Positions 10,015-19,877 are shown, counted from the first letter of the stretch. The stretch: 64,000 nucleotides of DNA from an uncultured virus (IMG/VR IMGVR_UViG_3300043427_001443) (IMGVR_UViG_3300043427_001443); one strand, 5' to 3'. A program made the numbers and translations. Notes: a model not told the origin generated them from the letters alone.

Positions 10015-10317
10015 ATGAGTAGCGAAACTGCTGTAAAGACCAGAGCCTTGGTTGATATCAAAGAACCCAGTCTTTATCGTGTGATTTATCTTAATGATGA
10101 CACCACTACCATGGAATTTGTCATTGAAAGTTTGGTAATCATTTTCAATATTGCTAGACCAGATGCCGAAGAAATCACACACAGAATTCATGAACATGGA
10201 TCAGCTGTGGTGGCTGTATTACCTTACGAGATCGCAGAACAAAAGGGCATTGAAGTCAGTATAATGGCTAAACGTAATGGATTCCCACTTGTAGTTAAAC
10301 TGGAAGCCGACGAATGA
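10015..10317 (+). CDS. clpS: ClpAP adaptor ClpS
   Basis: YRVIYLNDDTTTMEFV, IHEHG.AVV, YEIAE.K, FPL. Confidence 0.92.
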   Translation: MSSETAVKTRALVDIKEPSLYRVIYLNDDTTTMEFVIESLVIIFNIARPDAEEITHRIHEHGSAVVAVLPYEIAEQKGIEVSIMAKRNGFPLVVKLEADE

Positions 10318-10604
10318 AAGATGCACGAACACTCACTGATGAAGAACTTGAAGACTGTGTCAACGGTTCAACCAATATTGCAATGTTGCGAGATATTTTA
10401 ACTAAGCATGGTGTAGTTGATGAGCAAGGTTGGATTGATCCTGAAATATTTGCAGATTGGTTTGCACACGGTATTGAAGGATTCATTGATGCTGTACCTG
10501 ACACTGATGAATGGCAAGAGGCCTATGACACCAACTGGACTTGGGGATACGACATAGGTGACAACATCAACAGCTATATCAGTGACAATTTTCAAAATGA
10601 GTAA
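10314..10604 (+). CDS. Hypothetical acidic protein
   Basis: Coupled ORF. Confidence 0.65.
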   Translation: MKDARTLTDEELEDCVNGSTNIAMLRDILTKHGVVDEQGWIDPEIFADWFAHGIEGFIDAVPDTDEWQEAYDTNWTWGYDIGDNINSYISDNFQNE

Positions 10605-10992
10605 TTACGGTGCAAATCGAGCCTCAGTTAAGCCAGCTCGTGCTCTTGGTTCTGTAGTAGAAACTCGATCATCCACAATCAAACGACCTGTTAAAAAAAT
10701 GAATATTATCAAACGACTTTTTATTCGAGCAGTTACATGGGCACATGAACATCGTCACTTCGATAGAGAAAGCGAAGCAAAACCCGTACTAGAATCAGGA
10801 TCTCACACACCAGACACCCATCCTTTGCGTCTACAAATTTGGTATGGGCAAGGTGGTATTGCCATTGAAACTGCCAGCTACGATCGCAGAGCGGACGAAA
10901 ACCGTAGGCAATTTTTTATTATTCCTGAGACTGCTAACTTACCAGAAGAGCTAGATCGAATCTTAACCTTAGCTAATTTATCGAGAGCCTAA
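10597..10992 (+). CDS. Hypothetical protein
   Basis: Coupled ORF; ATG at 10597. Confidence 0.65.
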   Translation: MSNYGANRASVKPARALGSVVETRSSTIKRPVKKMNIIKRLFIRAVTWAHEHRHFDRESEAKPVLESGSHTPDTHPLRLQIWYGQGGIAIETASYDRRADENRRQFFIIPETANLPEELDRILTLANLSRA

Positions 10993-10993
10993 C

Positions 10994-11245
10994 ATGACCT
11001 ATGCATGGAAAGATGAGAATACTACCACGCAACACTTTTATCGTGTCACCGATGGGCGTATTTTAGGTACTGTTTGGCAATACTTTAATAATAAGGTTAT
11101 TGTGTGCAGCAAGATCATAGAAGACGAATTTCCTTATACCGATGCCAGTGAAAAACATCTTGGCCAGTTCGTCAGCCAAGACCATGCTCGTCGTAGTGTG
11201 GAACATTACTGGAATGTCCAAGACCGTACCCTGATCACACAATGA
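10994..11245 (+). CDS. Hypothetical protein
   Basis: Coupled ORF. Confidence 0.65.
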   Translation: MTYAWKDENTTTQHFYRVTDGRILGTVWQYFNNKVIVCSKIIEDEFPYTDASEKHLGQFVSQDHARRSVEHYWNVQDRTLITQ

Positions 11246-11781
11246 CTACCGCTGTAATGCTGGACCTAGAAACACTAGGGACTAGACCCGACTGCGTGAT
11301 AATGACCTTAGGCGCAGTTAAATTTGATCCTTTTGATTCAGATCGTGAGCCCGGTCCTGGTATATATCTACGCATGGACATTGAAGAACAATTGAGTCTA
11401 GGGCGTACAGTAGACGATAGCACTATTACGTGGTGGGCCGAACAGGATCCTAGAGTACGTGCTGAAGCATGGGAAGATGGTGATCGTAGTAGCATACAAG
11501 ATCTCAAACGCGAATTAAATCGTTTTCTAGTAGGTGTAGATGACATTTGGTCTCAGGGTCCGGTGTTTGATATTGCTATCCTAGAGGACCTATATCGCAG
11601 CCAAAAGTGGGGGTTTCCTTGGTATTTCTGGCAGATTCGTGACTCAAGAACCTTATTTAAGGTACACGGGGATCCTAGAGCTCGAGGCAGGGATCAAGCA
11701 CACAATGCCTTACTGGACTGTGTTTACCAAGCTGAAGCAGTTCAAAGTATCTATCGGAGTTTAAAATTACAGCCTAGATAA
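11242..11781 (+). CDS. DEDDh 3'-5' exonuclease
   Basis: MLDLETLG, FDIAIL, RDSRT, HNALLDC. Confidence 0.88.
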   Translation: MTTAVMLDLETLGTRPDCVIMTLGAVKFDPFDSDREPGPGIYLRMDIEEQLSLGRTVDDSTITWWAEQDPRVRAEAWEDGDRSSIQDLKRELNRFLVGVDDIWSQGPVFDIAILEDLYRSQKWGFPWYFWQIRDSRTLFKVHGDPRARGRDQAHNALLDCVYQAEAVQSIYRSLKLQPR

Positions 11782-11825
11782 AATCAATTACCCATAATAA
11801 ATACTAGATATTATGGGATTAATTG

Positions 11826-12551
11826 ATGTCCAGTGCGTTTGAAAAGTACAGCGATATTTTGCTTGATGCCTTTGAAAGCAATTCTAGGTCGGGTGAAGTT
11901 GCTGCTAAGAAAAAAGAGATCCTAGACGAACTGTTTGGTCATTATGATATTGACCCAGACACCGTGTTGTTTGTGGGTTTTAGTCCAGGTCTGCTCAAAT
12001 TAGATCATGCCAAACTGTATGTCACTGAAGTCAGTGACACAGTTATGAACTATCTCAGATCCTCTGGCCGTTCGGTCGAATATGTTGATCGTAACAAAAT
12101 CAAAGATAAACAATTCAACGCAGTAATTGCTGTTGATGAGTACCTTACTTTTGCCGACAGTGACCAAGACCAGCGTGACAAAGTCAATTGGTTAGCTAGA
12201 ATAACCAAAGACTTTGTGATTACCACACTGCGTGATTACAAAAACCAAGATTTCAAAGATCGCGAATTCAGCCAACCTATTGCTGTACGCAATGGTTCAG
12301 CCAAGAAGATCTACTTTGAACACTATGACTATGACACTGTGGATCGCAATGCTTGCATGGGTACCAGCTACACTGTAGAGGACGATGCTGTAACGGTTAC
12401 TGGACCATTTACTAGACGCAACATGTTCTTCAAGCAGCTGGCTAAATTTAGCCTTGATGCAGGTGCAGAATCGTTCTTGGTGCATAAGAATCTCATGCAC
12501 AAAAGCATTATCAAAAAGAACTATGAACATATAATAACTATAAAGTTCTAA
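11826..12551 (+). CDS. Class I SAM-methyltransferase-like protein (degenerate)
   Basis: VLFVGFSPG, ..TEVS, FNAVIAVD pattern. Confidence 0.45.
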   Translation: MSSAFEKYSDILLDAFESNSRSGEVAAKKKEILDELFGHYDIDPDTVLFVGFSPGLLKLDHAKLYVTEVSDTVMNYLRSSGRSVEYVDRNKIKDKQFNAVIAVDEYLTFADSDQDQRDKVNWLARITKDFVITTLRDYKNQDFKDREFSQPIAVRNGSAKKIYFEHYDYDTVDRNACMGTSYTVEDDAVTVTGPFTRRNMFFKQLAKFSLDAGAESFLVHKNLMHKSIIKKNYEHIITIKF

Positions 12552-12555
12552 CACC

Positions 12556-13860
12556 ATGGACATCAATCAAACATCACAACAGTTTATCAAAGCGTTAACC
12601 GACGACTTTCTAAACTCTGTTACTAATCAGATACGTAACCAAGTTACCACAAATGTAACTAGAACCATTACCGACTTTGATATTAAGACCGAAATACATC
12701 AACGTGTCAAAGATGCGGTGGCCAATGCGGTTAATTACTATCACTGGCCCAATGATCTAGCAGGTCCTAACACACCTAGTGAAGATTCTGTGGTAGTAGG
12801 AGTAGTAGCCGAATTCAAATCACAAACTGATTTATTCCTTAAGAAATTAGTCATTGCCATTGAAACGCAGATCATACAAGACATGCGTGATAAAATCAGT
12901 GCGCTAGACGTTAACACACTGGTTCAGCAGCAGGTATCGGGTATAGTAAACAGTAGACTTGATAGACTTAACTTTCCTGTACACAGCATACCTGGATCCG
13001 CGGTGCATCCAGAATCACTTACAGTGTCTGCCAACAATATCACTCCAGGTAGAATCGCCCGGTTTGAAAGCACCGGCATACAAGATAAAGCCACTGACTG
13101 TCAAGTTACTATTTTAGATGTAGCAACTGTATTTGAAAACAAGTTAGTTAGTAAAGACTTAGAAATTGCTGGCGATGCAGTGTTCACTGGTAATGTGCAT
13201 ATTGAAAATGAATTACCAGAAACCAGTAAGCTGTTTAATCAAATACTGCAAGCAGTGCTAGGACGCATCAAGTCTGAATACTCAGACGGCACTTATGATA
13301 ATTTTGTTGATCGTGTGATCAGCAAGCTCAATACCGACGGTATTGATGCGCCCATGGTCAAAGTAGGTGGCTCGCCGTTGATTGAACAAGATGGTTTGGC
13401 CACTAGCATTGTTAACAGTAACCTACAACGTGTAGGTGCCTTGCGTGAATTGCAGGTAGTAGGCGAAACTCTACTAGATGAAACCCTGTATGTAAGTAAT
13501 AAGCGTCTAGGTCTGAATACCTTAGAACCAGAGCGTACTTTAGATATTTGGGACCAGGAAGTGCAGATTGTAGCTGGTAAACGCTCCAAAGATGTTGCTT
13601 ATATAGGAACTAGCCGTCCACAAGCCTTGATACTTGGTGCTGCCAACCGTGACCAACTCACTGTAAATCCCGACGGCACAGTTACCATAGCCAGACTGAA
13701 CATGGGTAGACTAAGTCATAGCAGTGCCGCCGTACAACCCACTGACAATCGTCCACAAGGACATATAGTGTGGAATGAAAACCCACAAGTAGGCAGTGCC
13801 ATTGGTTGGGTCAGTTTAGGTGGCGCTCGCTGGGCTCGTTTTGGTACAATAGCCGAATAA
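12556..13860 (+). CDS. Probable virion structural protein
   Basis: Helical N-terminal half and fibre-like C-terminal half (LGLNT.EP, GWVS.GG..WARFG); in a late operon. Confidence 0.5.
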   Translation: MDINQTSQQFIKALTDDFLNSVTNQIRNQVTTNVTRTITDFDIKTEIHQRVKDAVANAVNYYHWPNDLAGPNTPSEDSVVVGVVAEFKSQTDLFLKKLVIAIETQIIQDMRDKISALDVNTLVQQQVSGIVNSRLDRLNFPVHSIPGSAVHPESLTVSANNITPGRIARFESTGIQDKATDCQVTILDVATVFENKLVSKDLEIAGDAVFTGNVHIENELPETSKLFNQILQAVLGRIKSEYSDGTYDNFVDRVISKLNTDGIDAPMVKVGGSPLIEQDGLATSIVNSNLQRVGALRELQVVGETLLDETLYVSNKRLGLNTLEPERTLDIWDQEVQIVAGKRSKDVAYIGTSRPQALILGAANRDQLTVNPDGTVTIARLNMGRLSHSSAAVQPTDNRPQGHIVWNENPQVGSAIGWVSLGGARWARFGTIAE

Positions 13861-13921
13861 TTTGATCTTGATCTAGTTGCATGCTATACTAGGGCATGTT
13901 TACACTTTTGACTGTACTGCC

Positions 13922-14941
13922 ATGATTAAACGAATCGGTTTCGCTTGCAAATGGATTGATCGCCCAGATCAAGTTGATGCAATCAAACCCAAAGACGACT
14001 GCAAACGCTACAACACCGGTTCTACCACTGTGGCCTGGCTTAATCGTCAAAGTCGTGAAGCAGCCGAACAGCGACTATGGGATCTTATGGAGCAGAACAT
14101 TGAAGCTGCCAGATTGTTGGTAGAACGTGTAGGACAACTGCCCTTAGAACGCAGAATGGTGCGACTCAGTAGCGATATCTTGCCGGTGTTTACTGAACCT
14201 AGCTGGCGTTACTTTTGGCAACAGGCTGATGTTAGACATCGTGCTGAATGGTTGTTTAGGCAGGTAGGCGAAGTAGCTAGAACATACAATGTAAGATTAA
14301 GTTTTCATCCTGGGCAGTTTTGTGTGCTGGCCAGTGAATCAGACGAAATTGTGGAGAGATCAATTGAAGAATTCGAATACCACGCAACTATGGCGGCGTG
14401 GATGGGTTACGGCCGTCAATTCCAAGATTATAAGATTAACGTACACATCTCAGGTCGTAGGGGGCCTGCGGGCATCCGAGCAGTGCTTGGACGACTCACC
14501 CCCGAAGCTCGCAACTGTCTTACCATTGAGAACGAGGAAATAACACATGGACTCACTGATTGCCTTCAACTTAGTGATGTTGTTCCTATTGTGCTTGACA
14601 TTCATCATCATTGGATTCGTGAAGGCGAATATATCCAGAGAGGAGATGATCGTATTAAGAGGGTTATCGATAGTTGGCGCGGTCGGCGCCCTGTTTGCCA
14701 TTATAGCGTTAGTCGCGAAGATATTCTAGTAGAGCACGATGCTGACACTTTACCCGATCATGCTAGTCTACTAGCTGCTGGCTTCAAGAAACAGAAACTA
14801 CGAGCACACAGTGACTTTTGTTGGAATCGTGCTGTAAATGCATGGGCCCTAACTCACAACGAATGGGCCGATATCATGGTCGAAGCCAAGGCTAAGAATT
14901 TGGCCAGTGAACAACTATACCAACAACTAAAGTCTAGCTAA
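13922..14941 (+). CDS. uvsE: UV-damage endonuclease
   Basis: RIGFAC, RLSSD, RLSFHPGQF, IENEE, LDIHHH, RAHSD, IMVEAKAK; TTGATC-17-TATACT promoter at 13862-13890. Confidence 0.93.
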   Translation: MIKRIGFACKWIDRPDQVDAIKPKDDCKRYNTGSTTVAWLNRQSREAAEQRLWDLMEQNIEAARLLVERVGQLPLERRMVRLSSDILPVFTEPSWRYFWQQADVRHRAEWLFRQVGEVARTYNVRLSFHPGQFCVLASESDEIVERSIEEFEYHATMAAWMGYGRQFQDYKINVHISGRRGPAGIRAVLGRLTPEARNCLTIENEEITHGLTDCLQLSDVVPIVLDIHHHWIREGEYIQRGDDRIKRVIDSWRGRRPVCHYSVSREDILVEHDADTLPDHASLLAAGFKKQKLRAHSDFCWNRAVNAWALTHNEWADIMVEAKAKNLASEQLYQQLKSS

Positions 14942-14970
14942 TCATTACATGCATATCAGTATATACTGGT

Positions 14971-15189
14971 ATGCGTGACTTTATTTGGATTTGGCAATTA
15001 GGTGTTGGTCCTACAGCAGTTAGGTACGCTGAGATATCTCATATGGAAACTCTGGCCAGTGGTTGCACCAGAGTCTATCTAAGTTTAGGACTACCAATAA
15101 TAACAGAACTTAGTCAATATCAAATACTGTGCCTAATTGACGCACAAGATCGGCTAAACGAAAGTCTAGATGATTCCGGTGCTGCCTAG
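14971..15189 (+). CDS. Hypothetical protein
   Basis: ORF. Confidence 0.5.
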   Translation: MRDFIWIWQLGVGPTAVRYAEISHMETLASGCTRVYLSLGLPIITELSQYQILCLIDAQDRLNESLDDSGAA

Positions 15190-15214
15190 CGTAAGTATTA
15201 AGAAAGAGGCCGTA

Positions 15215-15487
15215 ATGGACAACGAAAGACTACGTCAATATCTCAGGTTAGTCGAAACTCATCTTAAAGAAATAGCAGATCAGCTAGATGAAAAATGGGG
15301 TAAACCTACCACAGTTAGCCCCGAAGAACGCGGCAAGTATCGTAGTAAGTCAAAAGCAGAGCTGCTAGCCGCTTATAACAAGCTAAAGGCATCAGGTCCA
15401 CATCCACGTGGCAGCGCCGAATTTGGCCGTATGCGAGAACTCGCTTTTGCTATCCGAGCCAAAAGCGGTTGGGGCAAGGTAGAATAG
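15215..15487 (+). CDS. Small basic protein, probable internal head protein
   Basis: Leader LRQYLRLVE..LDE followed by a basic domain; GAGG RBS. Confidence 0.65.
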   Translation: MDNERLRQYLRLVETHLKEIADQLDEKWGKPTTVSPEERGKYRSKSKAELLAAYNKLKASGPHPRGSAEFGRMRELAFAIRAKSGWGKVE

Positions 15488-15889
15488 TTACTTCTTGGCT
15501 CTAGATTTTGTAGCAGCTTTGGCTGTTTTAGCTGCTTTGTCTGCTGCTGCATTAGCACTTTTACGAGCACGACTTGCGGCTACCTTAACATCTTTTACAG
15601 TAACACGGCCGTCTCCGTCTAGATCAGCAGCCTTTTTAACTCTGGCACGAGTCTTTTTCACTACCGATTTAACATCAGCTAGGTCAACCTTGCCATCATG
15701 ATTTACATCAAGCTCACGCTTGACTTCTGCTACCACAGTAGGTGCAGGTTGTGGCTCAGGCATGGGTGGTACAGTTGGTACACCATGTGGAGCTGATGCT
15801 GTAGAGTCCATGTTACCATCCTGCATCATTTTTCTATACAAATAGAAAAGAACGCCGCCGCCAATTAATAGTACTAGTAGAATTTCCAT
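15488..15889 (-). CDS. Membrane-anchored protein with two DxDxDG Ca-binding loops and a Lys/Ala tail
   Basis: DVNHDGKVDLAD and DLDGDGRVTVKD; AGGAG RBS before ATG 15889. Confidence 0.75.
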   Translation of the reverse strand: MEILLVLLIGGGVLFYLYRKMMQDGNMDSTASAPHGVPTVPPMPEPQPAPTVVAEVKRELDVNHDGKVDLADVKSVVKKTRARVKKAADLDGDGRVTVKDVKVAASRARKSANAAADKAAKTAKAATKSRAKK

Positions 15890-15892
15890 TTT

Positions 15893-15949
15893 AATCTCCT
15901 TGAAACTCAGTCTAGTATTTAGTTGATTAAATACTTGAGTAGGAGATTT
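15893..15949. promoter_or_regulatory. Palindromic divergent late-promoter/RBS region
   Basis: AATCTCCT..ACTCAG..AGTATTTA / TAAATACT..TTGAGT.AGGAGATT. Confidence 0.65.
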
Positions 15950-15951
15950 CA

Positions 15952-16437
15952 ATGACTGCTTACTCTCAACTTCGGCGTCTATTAGAAACGCCATTGCCTA
16001 GTATTAGTCAACAACGTAGAAAACCATATAGACCTACGGAACAGGAAATCAACCGCATCTACAGCCTTATTAATCGTGCTGTATTTGATGGGCAAATGAC
16101 CAAACCCGGTATTGTAACCGGCAGAGAAGTTAATGCTCTAGGTTGGTGCATAGGCCTAAAACCGCCACAACGCCGCCGCAGTGGTTGTCTAATAAGACTA
16201 ACTGACAAATGGTACAGCGTACATTGGTTGATATTTGTTATGGCACATGAGATGTGTCACCAATATCAATGGGACATAATTGGTCCCGAACGTCTAGCAA
16301 AGGGACGTAGACCATTGATCAGCCACGGTCCTAGTTTCTTTCAACATCGTGAACGGTTATCTGAGATAGGTGTTCCTTTGCTAAAAGTAGTGCATATGTA
16401 CCGTTGGTTCCAGTATCAAGATCTCAGAAAATTATAA
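15952..16437 (+). CDS. SprT-like zinc metalloprotease
   Basis: HEMCHQ, HG.SF, N..VFDG. Confidence 0.85.
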   Translation: MTAYSQLRRLLETPLPSISQQRRKPYRPTEQEINRIYSLINRAVFDGQMTKPGIVTGREVNALGWCIGLKPPQRRRSGCLIRLTDKWYSVHWLIFVMAHEMCHQYQWDIIGPERLAKGRRPLISHGPSFFQHRERLSEIGVPLLKVVHMYRWFQYQDLRKL

Positions 16438-16457
16438 ATAAGGTATAGGAGATCTCG

Positions 16458-16907
16458 ATGCAGACTGTAATAAAATTTCTAGCAGCAGCAGTATTTGCTG
16501 TGAGTTTTGGTCATGTTCAAGCCCAGAAGGCACCACAAGGAGCAACTTATGATGCTAAAATTGTCAGAGTTAATGACGGAGATACTGTGGTCATTGCAGC
16601 ACCATTCTTGCCAGCACCTTTGAAACCTGAACTGGCTGTACGTGTGTACGGAGTAGATACTCCTGAAAAAGGTCATAGAGCACAATGCCCAAGTGAAGCA
16701 CAGCGTGGTGAGGCTGCTACAGCCTTTACTAAAAATGCTGTAGCCAGTACCCAAAAGCACCAAGTGGTGCTGTACGGTTGGGACAAGTTTGGTGGTCGTG
16801 TGTTAGGTGACATGATCCTAAATGGTGTGAGCCTAAGGGCTGAGTTGATCAAAAACGGATTCGCCCGTGAATATTATGGCGAAGCAAAACAATCATGGTG
16901 TAATTAA
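16458..16907 (+). CDS. Secreted thermonuclease (SNase family)
   Basis: Signal peptide; DGDT, VRVYGVDTPE, DKFGGRVLG. Confidence 0.9.
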   Translation: MQTVIKFLAAAVFAVSFGHVQAQKAPQGATYDAKIVRVNDGDTVVIAAPFLPAPLKPELAVRVYGVDTPEKGHRAQCPSEAQRGEAATAFTKNAVASTQKHQVVLYGWDKFGGRVLGDMILNGVSLRAELIKNGFAREYYGEAKQSWCN

Positions 16908-16909
16908 TT

Positions 16910-18451
16910 ATGCGACTACAAGACATTCCTGAAGATATTGAACCCCGAGTAGGTGACATCATTGAAATTGAACAAGGTGATGTCTGCTTTGAAGTACGCA
17001 TTATAGGCATTACAGCAGACGGCTATCTTTGCGAGCAAGACAATGTTCAAGGTGCCGTACTGCTAGAAGGGGTCGCACTAGATCAAGACGATGTCACAGA
17101 CATCACCGGTTATATAACTGAGGAAAAGGTACGCCTAGATCCCAAGTGCTGGAAGGGTAAAAAGATTGGCAACCCTAAAACCAAGATCAAGGGTGGAGTG
17201 CGTGTTAATAACTGTGTACCCGAAGGTCAAGAGGAAATTGAGGAAGCAGGTCCATTCTCCTACGGTTACAAGAAGCCTCGTAAAGGTAGCGTGGCATACT
17301 GGGCCGAAAAAAAGCGTAAGGAACAAGAAAAAGGTAAACCACCAATTGAGCCAAAAGATCAGATGGTTGGTGTTGCCAAGGTCACAAAAGGTGTGGCGGA
17401 AGGCTATACCGGTCGTGAAACCAAAGACGGAACCTGGCGGGTGTTCAAGGATGGCCAAGCAGTGGCGGTGGCAGGACCATTCAAGAGCAGAGATGAAGCA
17501 CATGCCTGGATTAAAAAACACAAGCAAGGTGTGGCGGAAGGCTGGGGATTTGACCAATGGGGACACGACACTTGGACAGATGCTCAAAAAGAAGTAGCAC
17601 GAAAGAAAAAGTACGAAATGATGATGCGTAATGGACAAGTAAAAAAGTTCGTTGCCAAAGACGATGCTGATGCCAAACGAATTGCTAAAGGTCACGGTGC
17701 TAAAAGTGTTATTAAGATGAAAGGTGATCTTCCTGGTAACAAGATAGCAGAGCAAGGTGTCTCGGAAGCCAAATCATTGAAAAAGCGTGTGCGTGTGGTA
17801 CAGGGTGAACACGCAGGCAAAACAGGTTGGATCCGTGAAATAAAGCATGGTATACACAGTACTGCCCCCAAGCGATACTATGTTGACATCGACGGTGGCG
17901 GTCAGGCCGACAACTTGCCTGCCTCAGCATTGAGACTATTAAAGAATCAATCCGATAGCCAGACGGGTATGGCGGAAGGTGGCCACGACGATCAGTTTAG
18001 TCTCAGTGGTCGTATGCCTGCCACAGATAGAATACCTCAAGATTCCACACGGCACCAGGATCGACAACTGGCCATGGTCGACAAAATTAAGCAACAAACC
18101 ATTGGACATATACTAAACCTCAGACCAGAATTTGAACGCAGTGATCTAGAATTAGCAACAACACCTGAACTAATTCAAATGCTAAGAGATATCCAGTCTG
18201 GTAAAATGACCGAAGCAGAATATCAAGGACGCAAGGTCCCATTGGGCAAGCCCATGGCAGGAGATGTTAAAAAATCCAAAGTCTATGTGCGTAAGCCAAA
18301 TGGCAAAGTGGTCAAAGTAAACTTTGGCGACAAGAACATGAAGATCAAAAAGTCTAATCCCAAGCGTCGTAAGAGTTTCCGTGCTCGGCATAACTGTGAG
18401 AACCCAGGACCTCGTTGGAAAGCGAGATATTGGTCGTGCAGGGCTTGGTAA
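16910..18451 (+). CDS. Modular polyprotein-like internal head protein
   Basis: Short modules separated by GVAEG/GVSEA/GMAEG junctions; basic C-terminal module ending ARYWSCRAW. Confidence 0.7.
   Translation: MRLQDIPEDIEPRVGDIIEIEQGDVCFEVRIIGITADGYLCEQDNVQGAVLLEGVALDQDDVTDITGYITEEKVRLDPKCWKGKKIGNPKTKIKGGVRVNNCVPEGQEEIEEAGPFSYGYKKPRKGSVAYWAEKKRKEQEKGKPPIEPKDQMVGVAKVTKGVAEGYTGRETKDGTWRVFKDGQAVAVAGPFKSRDEAHAWIKKHKQGVAEGWGFDQWGHDTWTDAQKEVARKKKYEMMMRNGQVKKFVAKDDADAKRIAKGHGAKSVIKMKGDLPGNKIAEQGVSEAKSLKKRVRVVQGEHAGKTGWIREIKHGIHSTAPKRYYVDIDGGGQADNLPASALRLLKNQSDSQTGMAEGGHDDQFSLSGRMPATDRIPQDSTRHQDRQLAMVDKIKQQTIGHILNLRPEFERSDLELATTPELIQMLRDIQSGKMTEAEYQGRKVPLGKPMAGDVKKSKVYVRKPNGKVVKVNFGDKNMKIKKSNPKRRKSFRARHNCENPGPRWKARYWSCRAW
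17388..17980 (+). repeat. Junction repeat AAGGTGTGGCGGAAGGCT
   Basis: Identical 18-mers at 17388-17405 and 17526-17543; variants near 17754 and 17965. Confidence 0.8.
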
Positions 18452-18501
18452 TGCTTTGGGACTTTTACTGGCGCCGTAAAGGCTACCCGCCCAAAACCTA
18501 A

Positions 18502-18590
18502 TGTTGTTTTTAAACAACATCTACGAAAAACCCTGTGGTCGACAGGGTTTTTTCTTTTTGCTATACTAGGGGTACAGTAAACAAACGGAG
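18502..18590 (+). promoter_or_regulatory. Early promoter cassette, copy 1
   Basis: TGTTG-N8-CAACA; AACCCTG..TCGACAGGGTT; TGCTATACT; GGTACAGTAAACAAACGGAG. Confidence 0.8.
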
Positions 18591-18596
18591 TTGGAA

Positions 18597-18884
18597 ATGC
18601 GTCAAGCAGAAACCCTGGAATTCCGCAGTATAGTTAATCGTGTGTTGCGTGAAAACAACACTATGGTTATCAAAACCTACACTGATACCACTCCCGGAGA
18701 CAGAGCCAAGAACTCTGACCGGCGTATTGTGACATATTGGGTTGGCTATGGATTTAACGAATCAAAAGTATTAAAGAGCATTCGTGAGTGGATGCTGTTA
18801 GCAGGTATTGAGGCTGATCTGCGTATGAGTAGAGGATACTTGCGTGGCACCTGTGTGTTGTCAAAACGCAACATTACACAATAA
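18597..18884 (+). CDS. Early hypothetical protein
   Basis: ORF between cassettes 1 and 2. Confidence 0.7.
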   Translation: MRQAETLEFRSIVNRVLRENNTMVIKTYTDTTPGDRAKNSDRRIVTYWVGYGFNESKVLKSIREWMLLAGIEADLRMSRGYLRGTCVLSKRNITQ

Positions 18885-18945
18885 CCCGCCATTTGACAGG
18901 GTTATCCGTTTTTGCTATAATAGTGGTACAGTAACAAAACGGAGC
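18856..18945 (+). promoter_or_regulatory. Early promoter cassette, copy 2
   Basis: TGTTG-N8-CAACA; TAACCC..TTGACA.GGGTTA; TGCTATAAT; GGAG RBS. Confidence 0.9.
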
Positions 18946-18949
18946 AATT

Positions 18950-19237
18950 ATGCAAGTTGCACAGTTTGTACGCAAGTATACTATCTCTAGCAACGGCAAA
19001 AAAAGTGGCGTTAAACGCGATCGTATCAATTCTACAGTAAAATGGGTTGAATATAGTACAGATCTCATCAAAATGACTGAATTGTTAAAAACAGCTAGTT
19101 TTGAGGAAAAGTGTAATTTAGCCACTGCTATGCAAGTAGCAGAGCGCAAAAAAAATTGGCACTACAAGCAAGAGAATTTTGACTTGCGACGTGCAAGTTA
19201 TCTTGTGTCGTGTTGGAAAAATGCAACAAAGCAGTAA
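18950..19237 (+). CDS. Early hypothetical protein
   Basis: ORF between cassettes 2 and 3. Confidence 0.7.
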   Translation: MQVAQFVRKYTISSNGKKSGVKRDRINSTVKWVEYSTDLIKMTELLKTASFEEKCNLATAMQVAERKKNWHYKQENFDLRRASYLVSCWKNATKQ

Positions 19238-19275
19238 CCCTAGGCTTGACAGGGTTATCGAAATTTGCTAAAATA
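19211..19275 (+). promoter_or_regulatory. Early promoter cassette, copy 3
   Basis: TGTTG-N8-CAACA; TAACCC..TTGACAGGGTTA; TGCTAAAAT. Confidence 0.85.
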
Positions 19276-19301
19276 TGGGTATGATGAAACAAAGGAATGA
19301 A

Positions 19302-19532
19302 ATGATTAATAAAGAAGCCGCAGGTAACACTGCAAAGATTATTGGCATTATCACTGCAACCAGCGTAGGGTTAAACGCTCTTTTATTTTACAGTCCAGAG
19401 TTGTTTATGACCTTACTAGCAGTTGGGTTAGTTGCTTTTGTGGTCAAGGTGATCTACGACATTCAACTCAGCCATATTGAGTGCCAAAAGCATATTCGCG
19501 AACTTGACGAAATCAGGGCACGGTACAAATAA
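19302..19532 (+). CDS. Early two-TM membrane protein
   Basis: Two hydrophobic helices. Confidence 0.7.
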   Translation: MINKEAAGNTAKIIGIITATSVGLNALLFYSPELFMTLLAVGLVAFVVKVIYDIQLSHIECQKHIRELDEIRARYK

Positions 19533-19593
19533 CCCGTCGGTTGACAGGGTTATCCATTTTTGCTATAATAGTGGTACAGTAACAAAACGGAGC
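19530..19593 (+). promoter_or_regulatory. Early promoter cassette, copy 4
   Basis: 19541-19593 matches 18893-18945 at 52 of 53 nt. Confidence 0.9.
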
Positions 19594-19598
19594 CATAA

Positions 19599-19877
19599 AT
19601 GACTACTCGTTTCGCTGATATGACTGAATCCCAAAAGCGTGAAGTCCGCATGTATGGTTGTACCCAAGACCAAATGCGTGAAGCAGTTGAACAGAGTTTG
19701 ACTTATCGTTTTTCAGGTGCTGCTATGTATGCCATGAGTATGATGAGTGATGCTCAAGAAATGGTGGCACATGGTCCTTATGATTCGGACACGCTGGCTA
19801 ACATACTAGAAGACCAGCGTCAGTTGTTAAATCGTGCTAAATGGATCTTGTCAACTTATGCAATGGAGCAGAGATAA
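19599..19877 (+). CDS. Early hypothetical protein
   Basis: ORF with RBS. Confidence 0.7.
   Translation: MTTRFADMTESQKREVRMYGCTQDQMREAVEQSLTYRFSGAAMYAMSMMSDAQEMVAHGPYDSDTLANILEDQRQLLNRAKWILSTYAMEQR

Noticed and set aside
18502..19593. Spaced repeats as a CRISPR array
   Set aside because: Spacers are about 300-nt ORFs, the repeats are promoters, and no cas genes are present
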